Both the position numbers and the translations under genes were made by a program. Shown in pieces: positions 27,474 to 41,560 of a stretch of DNA of 64,000 nt (its first letter is position 1; every line of letters starts with the position of its first letter). The notes beneath the pieces were generated by a model. That model was not told the origin of the DNA and ran no database searches. It saw only the letters and a list, made by a program, of their open reading frames with translations. This DNA comes from Sphyrna mokarran (taxonomy: Eukaryota): NCBI GenBank assembly GCA_024679065.1, contig JAGIQG010000009.1, positions 69,688,001 through 69,752,000 of the forward strand. The letters run 5' to 3'.

Positions 27474-28298
27474 TGGAATTTGGAGTAGCTGGACCAGAAT
27501 TTAGTGCATGATGAGGTGTCAAACTGATTTACTTAGTCAGATAACTTATTTTTGCTTTTTTGCCCATATTGGCTTTCTGAAGGTGGCGTCATAAATTAAA
27601 AGTCAAATTACTTTCTTACCCAGCATTGATCACTGTAACAATCAAATAGACATCTTGTCAAAGCAATATATACAGCACACATTGGCCACATTCCCAGACA
27701 ACATTGTGGCCATCATTTGACCCATTTTGGCAGTGCAAGTTCTCTTAGAGAGTTATCCAATTGGTCCAACTTTCCAAGTCTGTTATTCCATTTTTAACTA
27801 AAGATGCAGTTCCCTTTTAAAAGTTACTTTGAATCTGCCTCGTTCATGTTTTCAGTCAAAAAGTATTCCAAAAGAAAAAATCTCATCCCACCCCTGTTTG
27901 ATATATGACAAATCTACCCAAAGCAAAAAAGGAACTGCATTCGGGGGATCCTCTGTTGGCATCAGATGGCATTTCCACTGAGCCAAGTTCAGTCCGTGAT
28001 ACGGTCCTAGGCTGCAACAAGAGACAGCATATCTGTTCACCATCACCCTCTAGAAATATAGAAAGTGAACAAGATTAGGGAAAAAAGAGTAAAATCTTGA
28101 GCCCATGTTCACCATCTGCAAGGTCACCAGTGGGAGCTCAAGATCCAGAAATCACAATTCTCAACAACATTCTTGAGAATGCTATGACATTATGGCGTGA
28201 TATAACGTTAGTGTGTTTTACAACAGCCCCCCACAGCCATGCTGAAAGAGCCTGCCAGCAATCAAATTTCTATTCTCAAGCTGAAAAATGTAACCACT

Positions 28299-28644
28299 TA
28301 GAATCCCCACAGTACAGAAGGAGGTTGTTCACCAAATCTGTCTCGACCACATCCCATCCTAGGCCTATTTCTATAGCCCCACACATTTACCCTGCTAATT
28401 TCCTGACACTAGGGTCAATTTAGCATGGTCAATCAATCAATCTCACCTGCACATCTTTGGACTGTGGGATGAAACCGGAGCATCCAGAGGAAACCCATGC
28501 AGACACGGGGAGAAAGTGCAACTCTACACATTCAGTGACCCGAGGCTGGATTTGAACCTGGGTTCCTGGTGCTCTGAGACCTAGAAAAAAAGAGGCCCTG
28601 GTGCTGTGAGGCAGCAGTGCTAACACTGTGCCATCATACTGCCC
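28299..28644 (-). mobile_element. HE1-like V-SINE with a small internal duplication/insertion in the head
   Basis: Reverse complement of the 47498 copy; cctggtgct(c/g)tgag occurs twice at 28565-28610. Confidence 0.85.
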
Positions 28645-30807
28645 ACTTGGACCAGGCTCTGCCAGTCCTCCCAGAACCCTGCCCCAATCAAGAGAGAAAC
28701 TGGAAGTGGACTTAGAAAACTTCATCACACAATTAGAGGTTAGGTGATTCCATGATTCTGATGGGAGCTCCTAAACTGAAAATCGTATTATTTCACAACA
28801 AAATTAAGACTGCCATCCTGCCCACTGAAGTCATGCCAGTTCTCTGAAAGAGTTACCCAAATAGTTTTTCACAAGGTGTTTTTCTTCCAGCTTGCATTGA
28901 GTTCACTGGAACAATACCAGAGACTGAAGACAGAGGGGTCAGAGCGGGAGCAGGGAATTAAGATGACAGGATTTTAACTGAAGATTGTTTTGGTCCAAAA
29001 TGCAATTTAAAAGAAGGGAAACAGAGCATCACAGCACTAATGATTTCCAGCTGTGGTATTCATTCAGATAGCACTGAGTGTAACACAGTGCAGATGACAA
29101 CCAATGCTGATTTAACTATTTGGACAATTTGCTTCCTCTGTAATACACGCAATCTTTGTTTAAGACATAAAAATATTGTACAACAAAACCACAATACAAC
29201 TTGATTTCCTTGGTTCCATTTTAAGCCACATGCTCACAAATAGAGGAAATCAAATTTCGACAAGATGAAGCTTTTAGACCAGTCGAGCTTCCCCATTGTT
29301 TATAGCAATGTTGGATTATATTCTGGATCATAATTTAGTGAATTCAGAGTTTTAGGCCAAAGAATCCAAAAATGTCCATGTGGCACATTAAAGTTTAACA
29401 TAGCAGATCCACATACTGTTGCAAGTCTGCGAGAGTTACGCCATTATAAAACAGTAAATGAAAACCATCTGCTGAAATTTGGCACACAACTCATCTGCTT
29501 TGAGCAGCACAAAACAATTGCAGAATGGGCGAATGCGACATTCACAACTTGTTCACAACTTAGAGGATTCCACACATTGGACAGTCAGGTCAATGCCACA
29601 ATGTCCACATCCCATGACAGAATGAAAAATAATTGGCACTATCGATCTGCGTATGAACTGCGATCACAACCCAGGATCTAACAATCATGCAATTCAGTCA
29701 TAACGTTCTGAGTGTCAGATTCGTTTTGTAACTAAACATTAATTTTCTCCACTTCCAAAGGCTCAACCTGAACTTTAAACATTTAAAGATTCTAATATGG
29801 TAAGTAACTGCAACATCATAAGGCAGATGACTTATATTAACAAAAGCAATATCACCTGATTAAAACCAACATCACAAATTTATTGATTGTATCACTATAA
29901 ATCTTTTAGAGTTTAAGCGATAGGATTATGAGCATGTGATATCTTAAGAGATGTCGACCACCACGTTTAATAACTAAACAAACTATCTATTGTAACAAAT
30001 AAACAATGCACAAGAAAAGTGCTACTAACTACTTCAACTCCAGTTTTAGATTGCCTGGAAAAGCCTGCTCTTAGCCCCAGGATTCACGTACTTTAGCCCG
30101 ATTATCCCATCGAGTCACAGAACAACACCACCCCCCACCCTCTGCCATTCTCCCCCCCAGCTTACTTTATGAAATCTTGCCCCTAAAAGCGGCTCACAAT
30201 TACTGGACACAATATTCTAGCCGGCATCTCCTGTGGCTCCTCATCTCTACCCTAGACGGACTAAGCCCCCTTTCCCAGCTTGTAGTACAGTGCAGGGTTG
30301 GATGGAAATATTGCTGTAATCATGGGAACATTGCTAATATTTAACTGTCTGCCTGATCAAATTAACAAGGCTCTGTCCAAAGGAATGAATCTATATATAC
30401 ATTTCCTTCAGGAGATGCTGCAGCAAACATTTTGTAACTTATACATGGAAGTTTCAAGTTAATATAAAGCTTCACAATGAAAAATACTGACTATTGACTT
30501 GTTAGGTATCCAGTAATCTTGTATCAGGAGTTGCATGGTGTTTAGATAGTGTTGTTCATAGAATGTGTCTGTTGGAAATGTCTTTGTAATCTTCTGTATG
30601 TTAACAGCAAGTCTTAATTAATTGCTTGAAACTATATATAGGTATGCAGGAAGGGGTACAGGCAAGGAGATATCTCCATCTTTATGTTTGAACACATCAC
30701 AGGTCAACATCATACTGACCCTTGGTCTAGATCACATGCCTTCTTACAGCACTGTCTGCACAGTACTGTACTCAGTTGCAAATCTACTGGACCCATATAC
30801 CATATCT

Positions 30808-31132
30808 AAGTTTAAGTTTATTTATTATTACCAAAAGTAGGCTTACATTAACACTGTAATGAAGTTACTGTGAAAATCTCCTAGTCGTCACATTCCAATG
30901 CCTATTCGGGTACACTAAGGGAGAATTTAGCACGGCAAATGAACCTAACCAGCACATCTTTTCAACTCTGGGAGAGAGCCAGAGCACCTGGAAGAAACTC
31001 ACATAAACACAGGCAGAACACACAGACTCCACACAGACCTTGCCCAAAGCTGAAATTGAACCTGTGTCCCTGCAGCTATGAGGCAGCAATGCCTCATAGC
31101 TGCCTCATAGTAACTGTGTTACCATCCTGTCC
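30808..31132 (-). mobile_element. V-SINE family 2 (same head and core, different tail ending AATAAATAAACTT)
   Basis: The tail aagtaggcttacattaacactg.aatgaagttactgtgaaaat is shared with the copies at 46468, 52955, 61840 and 62776. Confidence 0.8.
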
Positions 31133-32474
31133 GAGCTCCTAGCTTTAAGAGAATAAGTACAGTGTATTAAATTTAACAGAAAGACAGCATGGCAAGCATG
31201 AACTCTCTCCCTACAATTAAAGATCAGAATGTGCCTGGAGCTTCTCATGTTTGATTATTGTGTAGACTGGCAAGGACCAGATTCTATCCTTGTGGCTTAA
31301 GCTGAGTTAGTTTACCTCGGTCAGGGTACAGGTCACAGGGCTGCAAATTATCCAAGGAAACCCTGGACTACAAGAAGAAAACAGCTTGCATCAATGAAGT
31401 ATCTTTTAATGTATAAAACTATTCCAAAGAGCAGGCTGTAAACAGACAAAAATGGACATTAAGCCAAAGGATGAAATCTGGAAAGAAGGTCAAGAGAGTG
31501 GGTTTGAAAGGAAGGTATTAAAAGAGGAAAAGGGATGAGAGGCAAAGAGACTGAATGAGGCAACTTCAAAGTCCTAAATAGCTGACAACATAGCTGTCAA
31601 CAATATGGCAAAGAACAGAGATCGCAAGTAAAAAATAAGCCATGTTTTCTCTTGTCATCCATCTAATTGTACTTATACTGCACGTGGGAGGATCTTGGTT
31701 GAGAACAAGATCAGGCTCAACTCCTCCAAGCCAAATAGCTTGCCAGCACCATCAGGAATCAAATATGGTTAAGGACAAAGTAACAGAATCTTAACTTCAG
31801 GAACTTTCAAGAGGACAATATGTGACTCTACACCAAGCTGGAGTTGTGCATTACCTTTGGTGTGATGTGCGACTTCTTTTGATTGTTTTGTGCACTGCAA
31901 AAATACTTTGGCTGGAATCTTACCACCATTCACGCCGGTGGGATTTTTCCATTATGCCGCAGTGAATGAAGATTTATTGGCTGCCAAATTCTCTGACTTC
32001 ATTGCAGCAGGAGTGTGTCATGAATAGCAGTTAATATCGTGCCCTACGTTGGATAGATGACTTGGTCAAAATCAAGGTGGCAGCTATTAATGAAAAGTTG
32101 AAAATCTGATTTCAGGTTTTTGACCTATCATCAGAATCTCAAGATATCTCATGGCAAGTGAAGCAATTTTGAAGCACAGCATAGGGAACGCGGCAATCAC
32201 TGTGCACAGAGCATGGTTCCCCTCACAGCAAAGAAATAAAAGACCAGAGCACCTGTTTTTTGTGGCATTTGTTGAGAGATAAATATTGACAAATAGAAAT
32301 AGTATAATTCCACTGCTCTTTGAATAGCACTGTGGAATCTTGCATATCCACGAGGGAAAGCAAACAGGCCTCAATTTATTGTCTCATTAGGTGGACAGTA
32401 ACCCATCCCCACCCATGCCTCCACCTCCCCCTGCCTCCCTCCCCTCTTCCCCAATAGTGGATTATTTTTCCAAT

Positions 32475-32732
32475 AGTCATAGAATCTATGGCACAGAGAC
32501 AGACACATCAGCCCAAACAGGTCCATGCTGACCAAAAAGCCCACCTAAGCTAACCCCATTTACCTGCAAATGGACCATATCCCTCTAAACCTTTCCAATC
32601 CATGTATCTGTCCAAATGTTGTCATTGTCCCTGCCTCAACCACTTCCTCCTGCAGCTCATTCCACATAAATACCACCCACCGTGTAAAAAAAATTGTTCC
32701 TTGGGTTCCCATTAATTTTTTCTCCTCTTAAC
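32475..32732 (-). mobile_element. Decayed CR1 3' end
   Basis: Tail agtcatagaatctatggcacagagacag, then ccatatccctctaaacctttcc..cagctcattccac. Confidence 0.7.
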
Positions 32733-35183
32733 TGCTGGATTTTGATATGACTGGATCAAGACTGGCACAATCTATAGTTGCCAGGCAATTCTGACAAGTC
32801 AGGAGAGATGAGCTCATGTGTAGCAAATATAAATAAATTCAGATCACAGAGTTAGGGGGTTAGGGGAACGCTAGGCTATGTGCCATACTGTAGCATGCAT
32901 CATGACCAGGTAACATGAGAGAAAAAAATGCTGAGAGAAATAATAAATATTTTGTTTCAGCAATGGCTACCATTTTTAATCCGGAACATAAACACAGAAT
33001 ATATCTGCCTATTATTCTGCTGTTAACACTCTACATAGCCTACATGTAACTTCTTATGGAGGGGCGCCAATCTTAAAAGTGAGCTTTCAAGTAGCATTTG
33101 AAATTGTGCACACTCCATCCATTCTACAGAAACATTAAAGGGGCGATCAATTTTCTTGCTCCTTTTCAGTATTAATGCATACATCAAGAAACCAAAATTC
33201 CAACTGGCGCCTGATAAATTTTTTACTGAAGCTCTTTGAAGGAAAAATCTATTCGTCTTGAACCCTGCTCTTTTCCCTACAGATCTACAAATGTTGCTTT
33301 CTCATGTGCATTTTGAAATTTGCTATTGAATCTAAAGTTCTTTAGTTTTATTTGTCTTAAATCTCATCCAGCACACTAAAGTAAGTTTTGCTCTTTCGAC
33401 ATGGGTGGCTTAAGTGGAAAATGAACTGGAATGCTGAACACTACTCCAAGATTTACTGGTGTTTGCGCATGTTACACCTGGGACTTACTTTTTTCTGTTA
33501 AATGCAGCTGCACACAAATTATCAGTTGCCTAATCTACCCAGAGACCTCCACAAAACCTTCGCTTCAAACTGGTCTTGCTCTCAAGTATCACTTGGGATC
33601 AAAGAAAGCGGATTGCCCAATAGTGAATATTTAAACCACACTGTCTCACTGTGCTAAGAGGCTCATTAAATGTGCACAGGCAAGCTCATTTTTAAAAACC
33701 GTACTTGGCATCACAAGGCTGAACATTGCTCAAAGGTACCACACCTTTCCTCCAGTGCACGTTAGGTCTTATTACGCTCCACACAAACCAATACTGCAAA
33801 CAAACAATAGATTGAAACAGCAACAGTGCTGAATATTAGCCTATAATGTGTGTAAACAATAAATTACACAGCAAGTGTCATTGGACCTTGCCTTGTAACC
33901 AATATTCCCTTTACTCTTATCAGAGGAAATAAAGTATCGTGTACTTGTGAACCTGACTTGAGGCACCAGATTTTTCCAGTCTTTTCTGGAACAAACCTTC
34001 ACTCAAATCTGACACTACTGAGTTTAAAAAAAGTTAGATTTTCCCCAAATAACCAAATTACACCAATACCAAAAAACTACCTCAGTTCAATCACAGTTGG
34101 GACTTCACCTAACAGATAAATCACACATCAGGAACATATTCAAAATGAATGAGGGTTAGGACTTTGCCCTTTGCCTGGCCTGTGCTATAGAGTCACAAAG
34201 CAGAAGAAGCTCTTCGGTCCATTGTGCCGATGCCAGTTCTTAATGGGATAATCCATTAGCACCGCTGCCCTGCTCTGTTCCCCACAGAATTGAAAATATT
34301 GGCCAGAACTTTCCAACTGTTCGCGCCGGCGAATTTACCTGCAAATGGACCATATCCCTCTAAACCTTTCCAATCCATGTATCTATCCAAATGCCTTTTA
34401 AATGTTGTCATCGTCCCTGCCTCAATTGTCCAATTCTGCCAATGGCGCCCCACCACTACAGGCTTCCCAGCAACATAGGGTCGTATCAATGGGAAATCCC
34501 ATGAAACATGTCGCGGCCAGAGAATCCCACCCATTGCCTTTTTACCACACACACACCTTTTGAAAGTTATTATTGCACTTAAAGTTCTTCAGTTGGTACT
34601 GGGTAATAAAAGTGGAAATATACCCATTGTTCCTTTACATCAAAAGGACACACAAATTAGCAAAAAAAAATTCATCTTCATTTCATTTATTCTTCTTACG
34701 CAATAATATTATAGATTTAAAATCTAGCAACAGCAAGATCCAAATACCTTCATTTTCTAATCACCTTGTATTTTCCTCTCCTAATGGCATGCCTTCCCAC
34801 TCCATTCCTATCAGCCATGAATTGGGTGAGTAACCACACTTGGTGGGAAGTTATAAGTGAAAAAGTATGTTCTAATATTTTGTTGGAAATCCCAACAGTC
34901 CACTCAGATCAATATCCTGATCTGATCCCATTCTCATGATCTCACTGAACAGCAGACGAACTCAATGGGACAAATGGCCTATTATTCCTACATCCTAAGA
35001 TCTAGTCTTGCTTCTTAACCTCCCAGTCATCCGACTGTAATTCCCCTAATTAACATTCATTGGTGCCTAGTCTGCGAATGTGAAGCACAAGGATACAATG
35101 GGTTTCAGAAGTGTCTATGGAATATTCCAATAGCGTCAAGTGTCCATCCCACATATATATGATGCCATGGCGGACGATTCTCA

Positions 35184-35309
35184 GGATGGAATTTTAATGC
35201 CCCGTCCGCCGCGGGAATTGTAGTGGCAGGATATGGACCATGCAAAGGTCCATTGATCACGGGAGGGATTTTCCGGTCTTGATCAAGCAAGGCCAAAAAA
35301 TTCCACCCT
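35184..35309. mobile_element. Short MITE-like element; relatives at about 25610-25690, 31910-32043, 34300-34530, 46810-46988, 59955-60150 and 62530-62597
   Basis: Termini ggatggaatttt...aaaattccaccc; shared internal atggaccatgcaaaggtccattga..gggattttccgg. Confidence 0.6.
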
Positions 35310-38300
35310 TGTGTGGTTCTCACAAAACAAGGACCATGAGAAAAGTATTTTTTGGATATGATATCATTGCAAAGTGCATCAGTTGTATGAAAACATCTGC
35401 ACAGCTGTGTTAAGTTAAGTAGCTGTCACCTATATTGATGATCACCATCTGATCTGGGTGTCTCGCAAGTTTAGATAAGCCTTTCTGGCTCTGCTGAATT
35501 TTTCACAGTATATATTTCAGTGTACCTGTTCCTTCAGACCACCAAATGCCCCTTCAAGATTGATCCCTGCTCCTTACTCACCCTGTCCATACCCCTCATA
35601 ACCTTATACACCTCATATCCAATACTGCATTTGCAGAGATTCCATGTACCACATAAATGTAAACCAAAGCCCATTTGCCACTTGAGGTGGAATGAAAAGT
35701 AGACCTGGCACTAATTAGAAAAGTAGGGACTTCTCCCTGATGTCCTGGACAATATTTATCTGAACCAAGTCATGATAGCTGCTATATAAAAATACATACC
35801 CATCCAAGTTTCTTTTTTCTATCAATGTGCTAAGGAACTTTCCTCCTTTTGTTTTAAACTCTAAGTACACCATTCTACACTTCCTTCCTTTTCCTTGTAG
35901 AGTCGTTTTTGAAAACTGGATATTCGTCACACCATCTCTTAGTTCCAATATTCTCAAAATTGTGGAACTCCTTTCCCAAGAGTTTATCATTTATGTTTTA
36001 AAAAAAGCTAACTCTGACACTAGGTAATCAGTGCCTGATTCCAACCACACCACTGCCAACCCCCCACCACCTCCTCCCCCTCCTCCACATCATCTCCTGC
36101 TCTTTTCAACCTTGGCCATATACTGCATTACAGACTTTTGGCTAATAACCCTACTATTTATTTAAAAAGTAATTCCCCCAGAGCAGCACAACTGGCCAGA
36201 ACCGCTTTTCCTTTTAGTTACTGGCATTAAAAATATTTTGAATGCAGTTTAACAAATCACAATACGAGTTCAGCTTCATCACATTCTCAGACACATGTGG
36301 CAGATGAATTGTTTGCTTGTACTAAGTCTAGCTGGGCTATGATAATGCCGAATGAAGGATTCCAGAGGAATAGAGAACACATTACTGACATTATGCACTG
36401 TAGTTGTCATTGCTATCTGAATATTAAACCCTCCAAATACCCTAAAACGTATGCAAACAGCCAAGATACAATGCATTTAATATCGCACTTTTGATTTAAT
36501 TTGTGAGTAGTTTGTGAAGGCTGATGACCCTACATTTCCTGGCACCTGGTACTGCCCATTGGCCACCAGGCACTACCAAGGGGATGGGCCTGGGGGGGAG
36601 GGGTGGGGGTCTGATGGCAGCCGAGTTTGACTGGAGGTGGAATCTGACGGTGGAGGAAGGAAGGGTGTCTGTAGGAAAGAATTAAAGGGGTGTGGGGGGG
36701 ATGGCAATCAGGAGGTTGGTGAGCAGAGTACTGGTGAGCAGGGGGCCGACAATCATGTTTGGGGATGGTGATCGAGGGGGGCGTTGATGTCCTGCACACT
36801 GGCACTCCCAGCGCCTTCCTGGCATGAACACACTCCACCTGCTCCCCCTGCTGGCAGGAATCACATTACAGCCTCTGTACTGCACAAAGTGCCAAAGTTA
36901 TGGCATCTATCTCATTGGCAAGACTGGAATAAACTCTTGTACATTGCATTTTGAAATCTTATTTGGAAGTTCCCAAGGTGCTGTTATTGCAAGAAACATT
37001 ATCCTGAGAATGACTCTCTTTATCCTAAGTTCCCATCATTGTTAGATTTCCGAGCAGTGGCTATAGCCATTCCCTCACAGAAGAAAGGGGAATGAGAGGG
37101 AGATTCCAGAGCTGATCATACACACCATCTTGCTGTTATGCTCATAGCAGTGTTAGCAGAGGCCTGGGGAAGTTATCAGCCAGCTGAACCAGTAATAAAT
37201 GCCATGTGGCATTTAACTGTGGAAAGGGGAGAACGCGTGCTTAGGGAATGTTTCACGAAAAGACAAAGGGCTCCTGGTAACAAGGCTCACTTTTCAAGGC
37301 AGAATTCAGATCACCCTTTTAATTTTGCATTATTAGAAAGTTTATCAAGACATTTCCCAGACAGGGGAAGGGGAGATTCCAACAGGAACAGAGGGAAAGG
37401 CAATCAAATACAGTTTAATTAATGTCAAGAGGCATAATGAAAACACGGGGCAGAATTCAAGCTCCCACTCCATGAATTGAGTTGTGAGACACACTGTGTG
37501 ATCGAGTGGAACAGTGCAGAGGAAAGATCCCACTGCCTTCTCTCCTCTCAGCAATTAAGTCTTGGAGAGGAAGGCTTGCAGGTAGCCTTCTCATCCTGGT
37601 ATCAATTAAAGCCCTTGTGAGGCACTTAATGGCCTCATTTCATCACTGCTAGTATTCAACCAGAGCTAGGCGGGAGATCCACCATGTGGGAGACGGACAA
37701 ACAAATCCAAGCAGCATACAAGTTGTGAGGGAAGCATCCCTTGTTCAAAGGCACTTATTCCCTAGCAAGGGACCCAGGATTGGGAATGAGGGGCAGGTGG
37801 GGAGGGGGAGTGGATGAGGGGATTGGTGGGGGGGAGGGGGGGTATGCGGTATGTGTGCCTGCAGAGAAGCAACCCCTCCCTTTTGTCCATTACGTCTCTC
37901 CCACCCATCACCGGCACCTGACATCACATATCTTTCCTGCTGAAGGCCCAAGTCAGCAGCCATTTCTCCCAGTGGCACTGTGGGTTATGGAGAGGAAGTT
38001 GGGCTACTGGGTGGGATTTCTGCCCTACTGGTGGAAGTCCTGGAATTAACTGCCCCACCAACCCCCCACACAATGTGGTTCCCACTGCCAATTATGGACT
38101 TACTTAATTCCCTCAGGGCGCCTGGAGATTGGGTTGGTGAAGATGCCTTGATTTTGGTGATGGACATGGGGCCCCCTGCCACCCTCATTGATTTCCATCA
38201 ACATCAAGGACTTTGCTACAGCACTTTTAAAAATTGGATAAGAAGCTGCAAGCACAACCATGAAGAGAATGATACTGAATCATTCTCTTCTGGGAGGAAT

Positions 38301-39216
38301 TATACAGGATGTCAATTCAAAAACAGCTCCCCTGCTGGTCTGTCATTGTTTGGAAAGAGCACCACTTGCAGCCTAGAAAAAGAATTACGTTCCCTACCAA
38401 GACAAAGTTGTCTATGAACAACTTATATATTACTTAAAGGCACTGACTTGTGGCCCAATGAAGGCTAATGGAATAATTAACCAAACGGTTCAATTCACAG
38501 TTACCATGGCACAGATCTCAGTGTACAAGCAATGCCATATTAGAGTTCATGAGCATGGAAAACCCATAGTTCATGAATGCTGTGTTTATATTTTCACTGA
38601 CTCTCAAAACCCACACCATTTCTGTTGCATTCGTAGGCAAGAAACTTCATGTAAAATAGGGAGGTCCCTAGTAAGAGAGAAAATAGAAAAGGTAATTGTG
38701 AAAGACAGAAGGTGGGGGGAGTGAAAGACATAAAGAAAATGAAGCCACTGTCAAAACCATGGCTCTCAAGGGATTCCTGAAAGTAGGATCAATGGTTACA
38801 TGGGAAGGAAGTCCCAAAGGGTCACAGTGAAGTAGATTAATAAATGGTAGAGCAACAAGAACAAGGCAGAGGAACCCTAAAGAGTCTGGACAGGGAGATG
38901 ACACAGAGGGAATCATTAACATACTGAAGAGATAGTTGGGGTTGTGAATACCTATAACAACAGTAGACCATTTAACTTTTCCACCGTTGAGTTGGACAGT
39001 GGCAAATTTGCTTTTGAAAGTCATTTGCACACATTTGAACCCTACACATTTCAAGTGTACCGAGGTCAGGTGATTTTAATGCCCTGGTGTATGTCCTCCA
39101 ATTCTGTTTATTTAGCAAATACTAGGGTCAGCTTCAAAAGATGAAAGGCTTCTTCTTGCTCTGTTAGCTCCAACTGCCACTTTAACAGGAGGACAAAAAT
39201 ACGTTTCCAACATACT

Positions 39217-39592
39217 GGGCGGCATGGTGGCGCAGTGGTTAGCAATGCTGCTGCACAGCACAAGGGACCTGGGTTCAATTCTGGCCTTGGGTGTTTGTCT
39301 GTGTGGATTGTGTATGTTCTCCATGTGATCTGATTTCCTCTCACATTCCAAAGATGTGCAGCTTAGCTGGACTGACCATGCTAAATCGCCCTTTCATATT
39401 GCAAGATGTGTAGGTTGGATTAGTCATGGGGTAAATGTGTGGGGTTAGCAGGATATAGTGGTGGAGCAGCCTGGATAAAACACTCTGTCAGGAAAAGCTA
39501 AATGGTCGACTCTTGTTATATGTATTCACAATTCCAACTATCTCTTCAATGGACCAAATGGTCTCATTCCACACTGTGGGGATCCTATAATT
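39217..39592 (+). mobile_element. HE1-like V-SINE
   Basis: gggcggcatggtggcgcagtggttagc..gggttcaattctggcc, then the core and a CR1-type tail. Confidence 0.85.
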
Positions 39593-39596
39593 CATT

Positions 39597-39635
39597 TGAA
39601 TACTTTAAACTGCTGCCTACAGTTTAAAGTATTCA
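39597..39635. repeat. Perfect 16-bp inverted repeat with a 7-nt loop
   Basis: TGAATACTTTAAACTG-ctgccta-CAGTTTAAAGTATTCA. Confidence 0.95.
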
Positions 39636-40852
39636 GTTTAAAATTTACTCTTTTACACTGAGCAAGAAAATATTGCAATCAAAATGCTGATAGAATAAAC
39701 AAATAGATTTGTTTGGATGTATAGAATCAACTCATTTTTTTACCAGCAGTTAAGGCAGTCCTCAGATTAGACCAGACAATTTGATAAAAGATAGATAAAA
39801 ATGTTGAAATACTTAAAACCACTTCTCTATGGCATGAAAGTCTCCCCTTTTACAGGTTATGGATTGAAACATTTGATGTCCTCAATTATAAGCTATTTCC
39901 AAAAAAGGTTACTCATAAATGAAAAAATTAATCAAGGGGTTGGAAGAACTACTAGCAGTGATTATGTTTGCATGTCTGCAGCTTGATTAATGATGTCCTT
40001 ATTTAGTGGATGTACTCACTAGAAGAAATGAAAGCCCAAACCATTCCCCCCTCCCCTCCAATCCCTCACCCCCAACCATCCAATTCCTTGACAATTCTCC
40101 TTTATGTTTTCCCCTGAGAACCACTGACTCCTGCTGAGTCCACCCAGTTTTGCAGTTGACAGTCAGTGATCAGTGCTTGTGTGCCAGCCTTACAACTGAG
40201 CATCAACACAATCTTCAACCAAATACTCAACCTCATTCCACATTTGCAGGCAGATTTCCAACAGTAAAGAGACCCTCCCCAGTGAAAAAAAACTTCCCCT
40301 TCCTAGGTTTGGACAATGGAACCGAACTCCGAGTGCAGCAGCAGCTGAAAGTAACTAAACACAGACTGGGGATTGAGTGCTTCCTGGCCCTGTGACACTC
40401 ATTAACCTTAGCCTTGTGAAGAGAGGAATGGGAAACAATATTAAATTCCATCTCCCACCTCTCCATCTCGCTAAACACCATCAGTTCTTGTTAACTCTTG
40501 CACCTTGTATACCCGAAAATCAATCAACTCCGTCTTTAGCTGAACTACCAGGAAACAAATATAGCAAATGTAATCAGATTTTAAAATCAGGAAATGAAAG
40601 GTGTTAGCTGCTAAACGTTCATCAAAAGCAGTTTGAGGAGTTGACTATTTTGTTTGGCAGGCTGAATTTATATGCTTTAGTTAGTTCCTTACATGTACAT
40701 TTAATGCAAACATGCTAAATCTACTCAGTACACTAGCGATGATGAGAAATCTACCCCGATTATTATAAAGAATCAAAAGTTGTCAATTGTGATGAAATAT
40801 ATTTCCGGAGGTTTGGTCACATCACTTGCTCTGTGCCCCATCTTCCAGCTAA

Positions 40853-41560
40853 CATAAGAACTAGGAGCAGGAGCAGACAATTCAGCTCCTTGAGCCTGCT
40901 CTGCCCTTCAATATAATCATGGCCCATTCTCCATAACCCTCCAATCCATTACTAATTAAAAATTTATACATCTCATCCTTAAATATACTCAATGTCCTAG
41001 TATCCACTGCAATCTGGGGCAATAAATTCCGCTACTGACTCATAACCTTTTCAGAAGAAGTAGTTTCTCTTCATCTCTGTTTCAAATTTGCTACCCGCTA
41101 TCGTTAAACTATGATGTCTTATTCCAGATTGTTTCACAAGAGGAAGCACCTGCTTCTGTTTTGCCAATACCATTCATCATCTTATATTCCTCAATTAGAT
41201 CTCCCTTTCATTCTTCTAAATTCTGGAGAGTTTCGGACTAAATAGAACCATAGAAAATTACAGCTCAGAAACAGGCCTTTTGGCTCTTCAAATAGCCCAA
41301 TCTCTTTTCATAAGACAAGTCCCTTATCTCTGGAATCAATCGAGTGAACCTCCTCTGAACTGCCTCTAATGCCACTACATCTTTCCTCAATAAGGAGAAT
41401 AGAACTGGACATAGTATTTCAAGTGCGGTCTTAGCAATGCCTTGTATAGTTGCAGCAATACTTCCTTTCTTTTATACTCCATTCCTCCAGCTATAAATGC
41501 CAAAATTCCCTTTCCATTCCTTATTACCTTTATGCCTGCATATCTACCCTTGTGATTTAT
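40853..41560 (-). mobile_element. Old CR1 3' fragment containing a 44-bp younger CR1 tail (41246-41289)
   Basis: Tail cataagaactaggagcagg and a decayed RT C-terminus. The insert matches 47955-48000 and is flanked by AAATAG (41240-41245 and 41290-41295). Confidence 0.8.

Noticed and set aside
37741-38417. 102-145 aa ORFs in G-rich sequence
   Set aside because: Low-complexity translations with no homology; likely decayed repeat interior.
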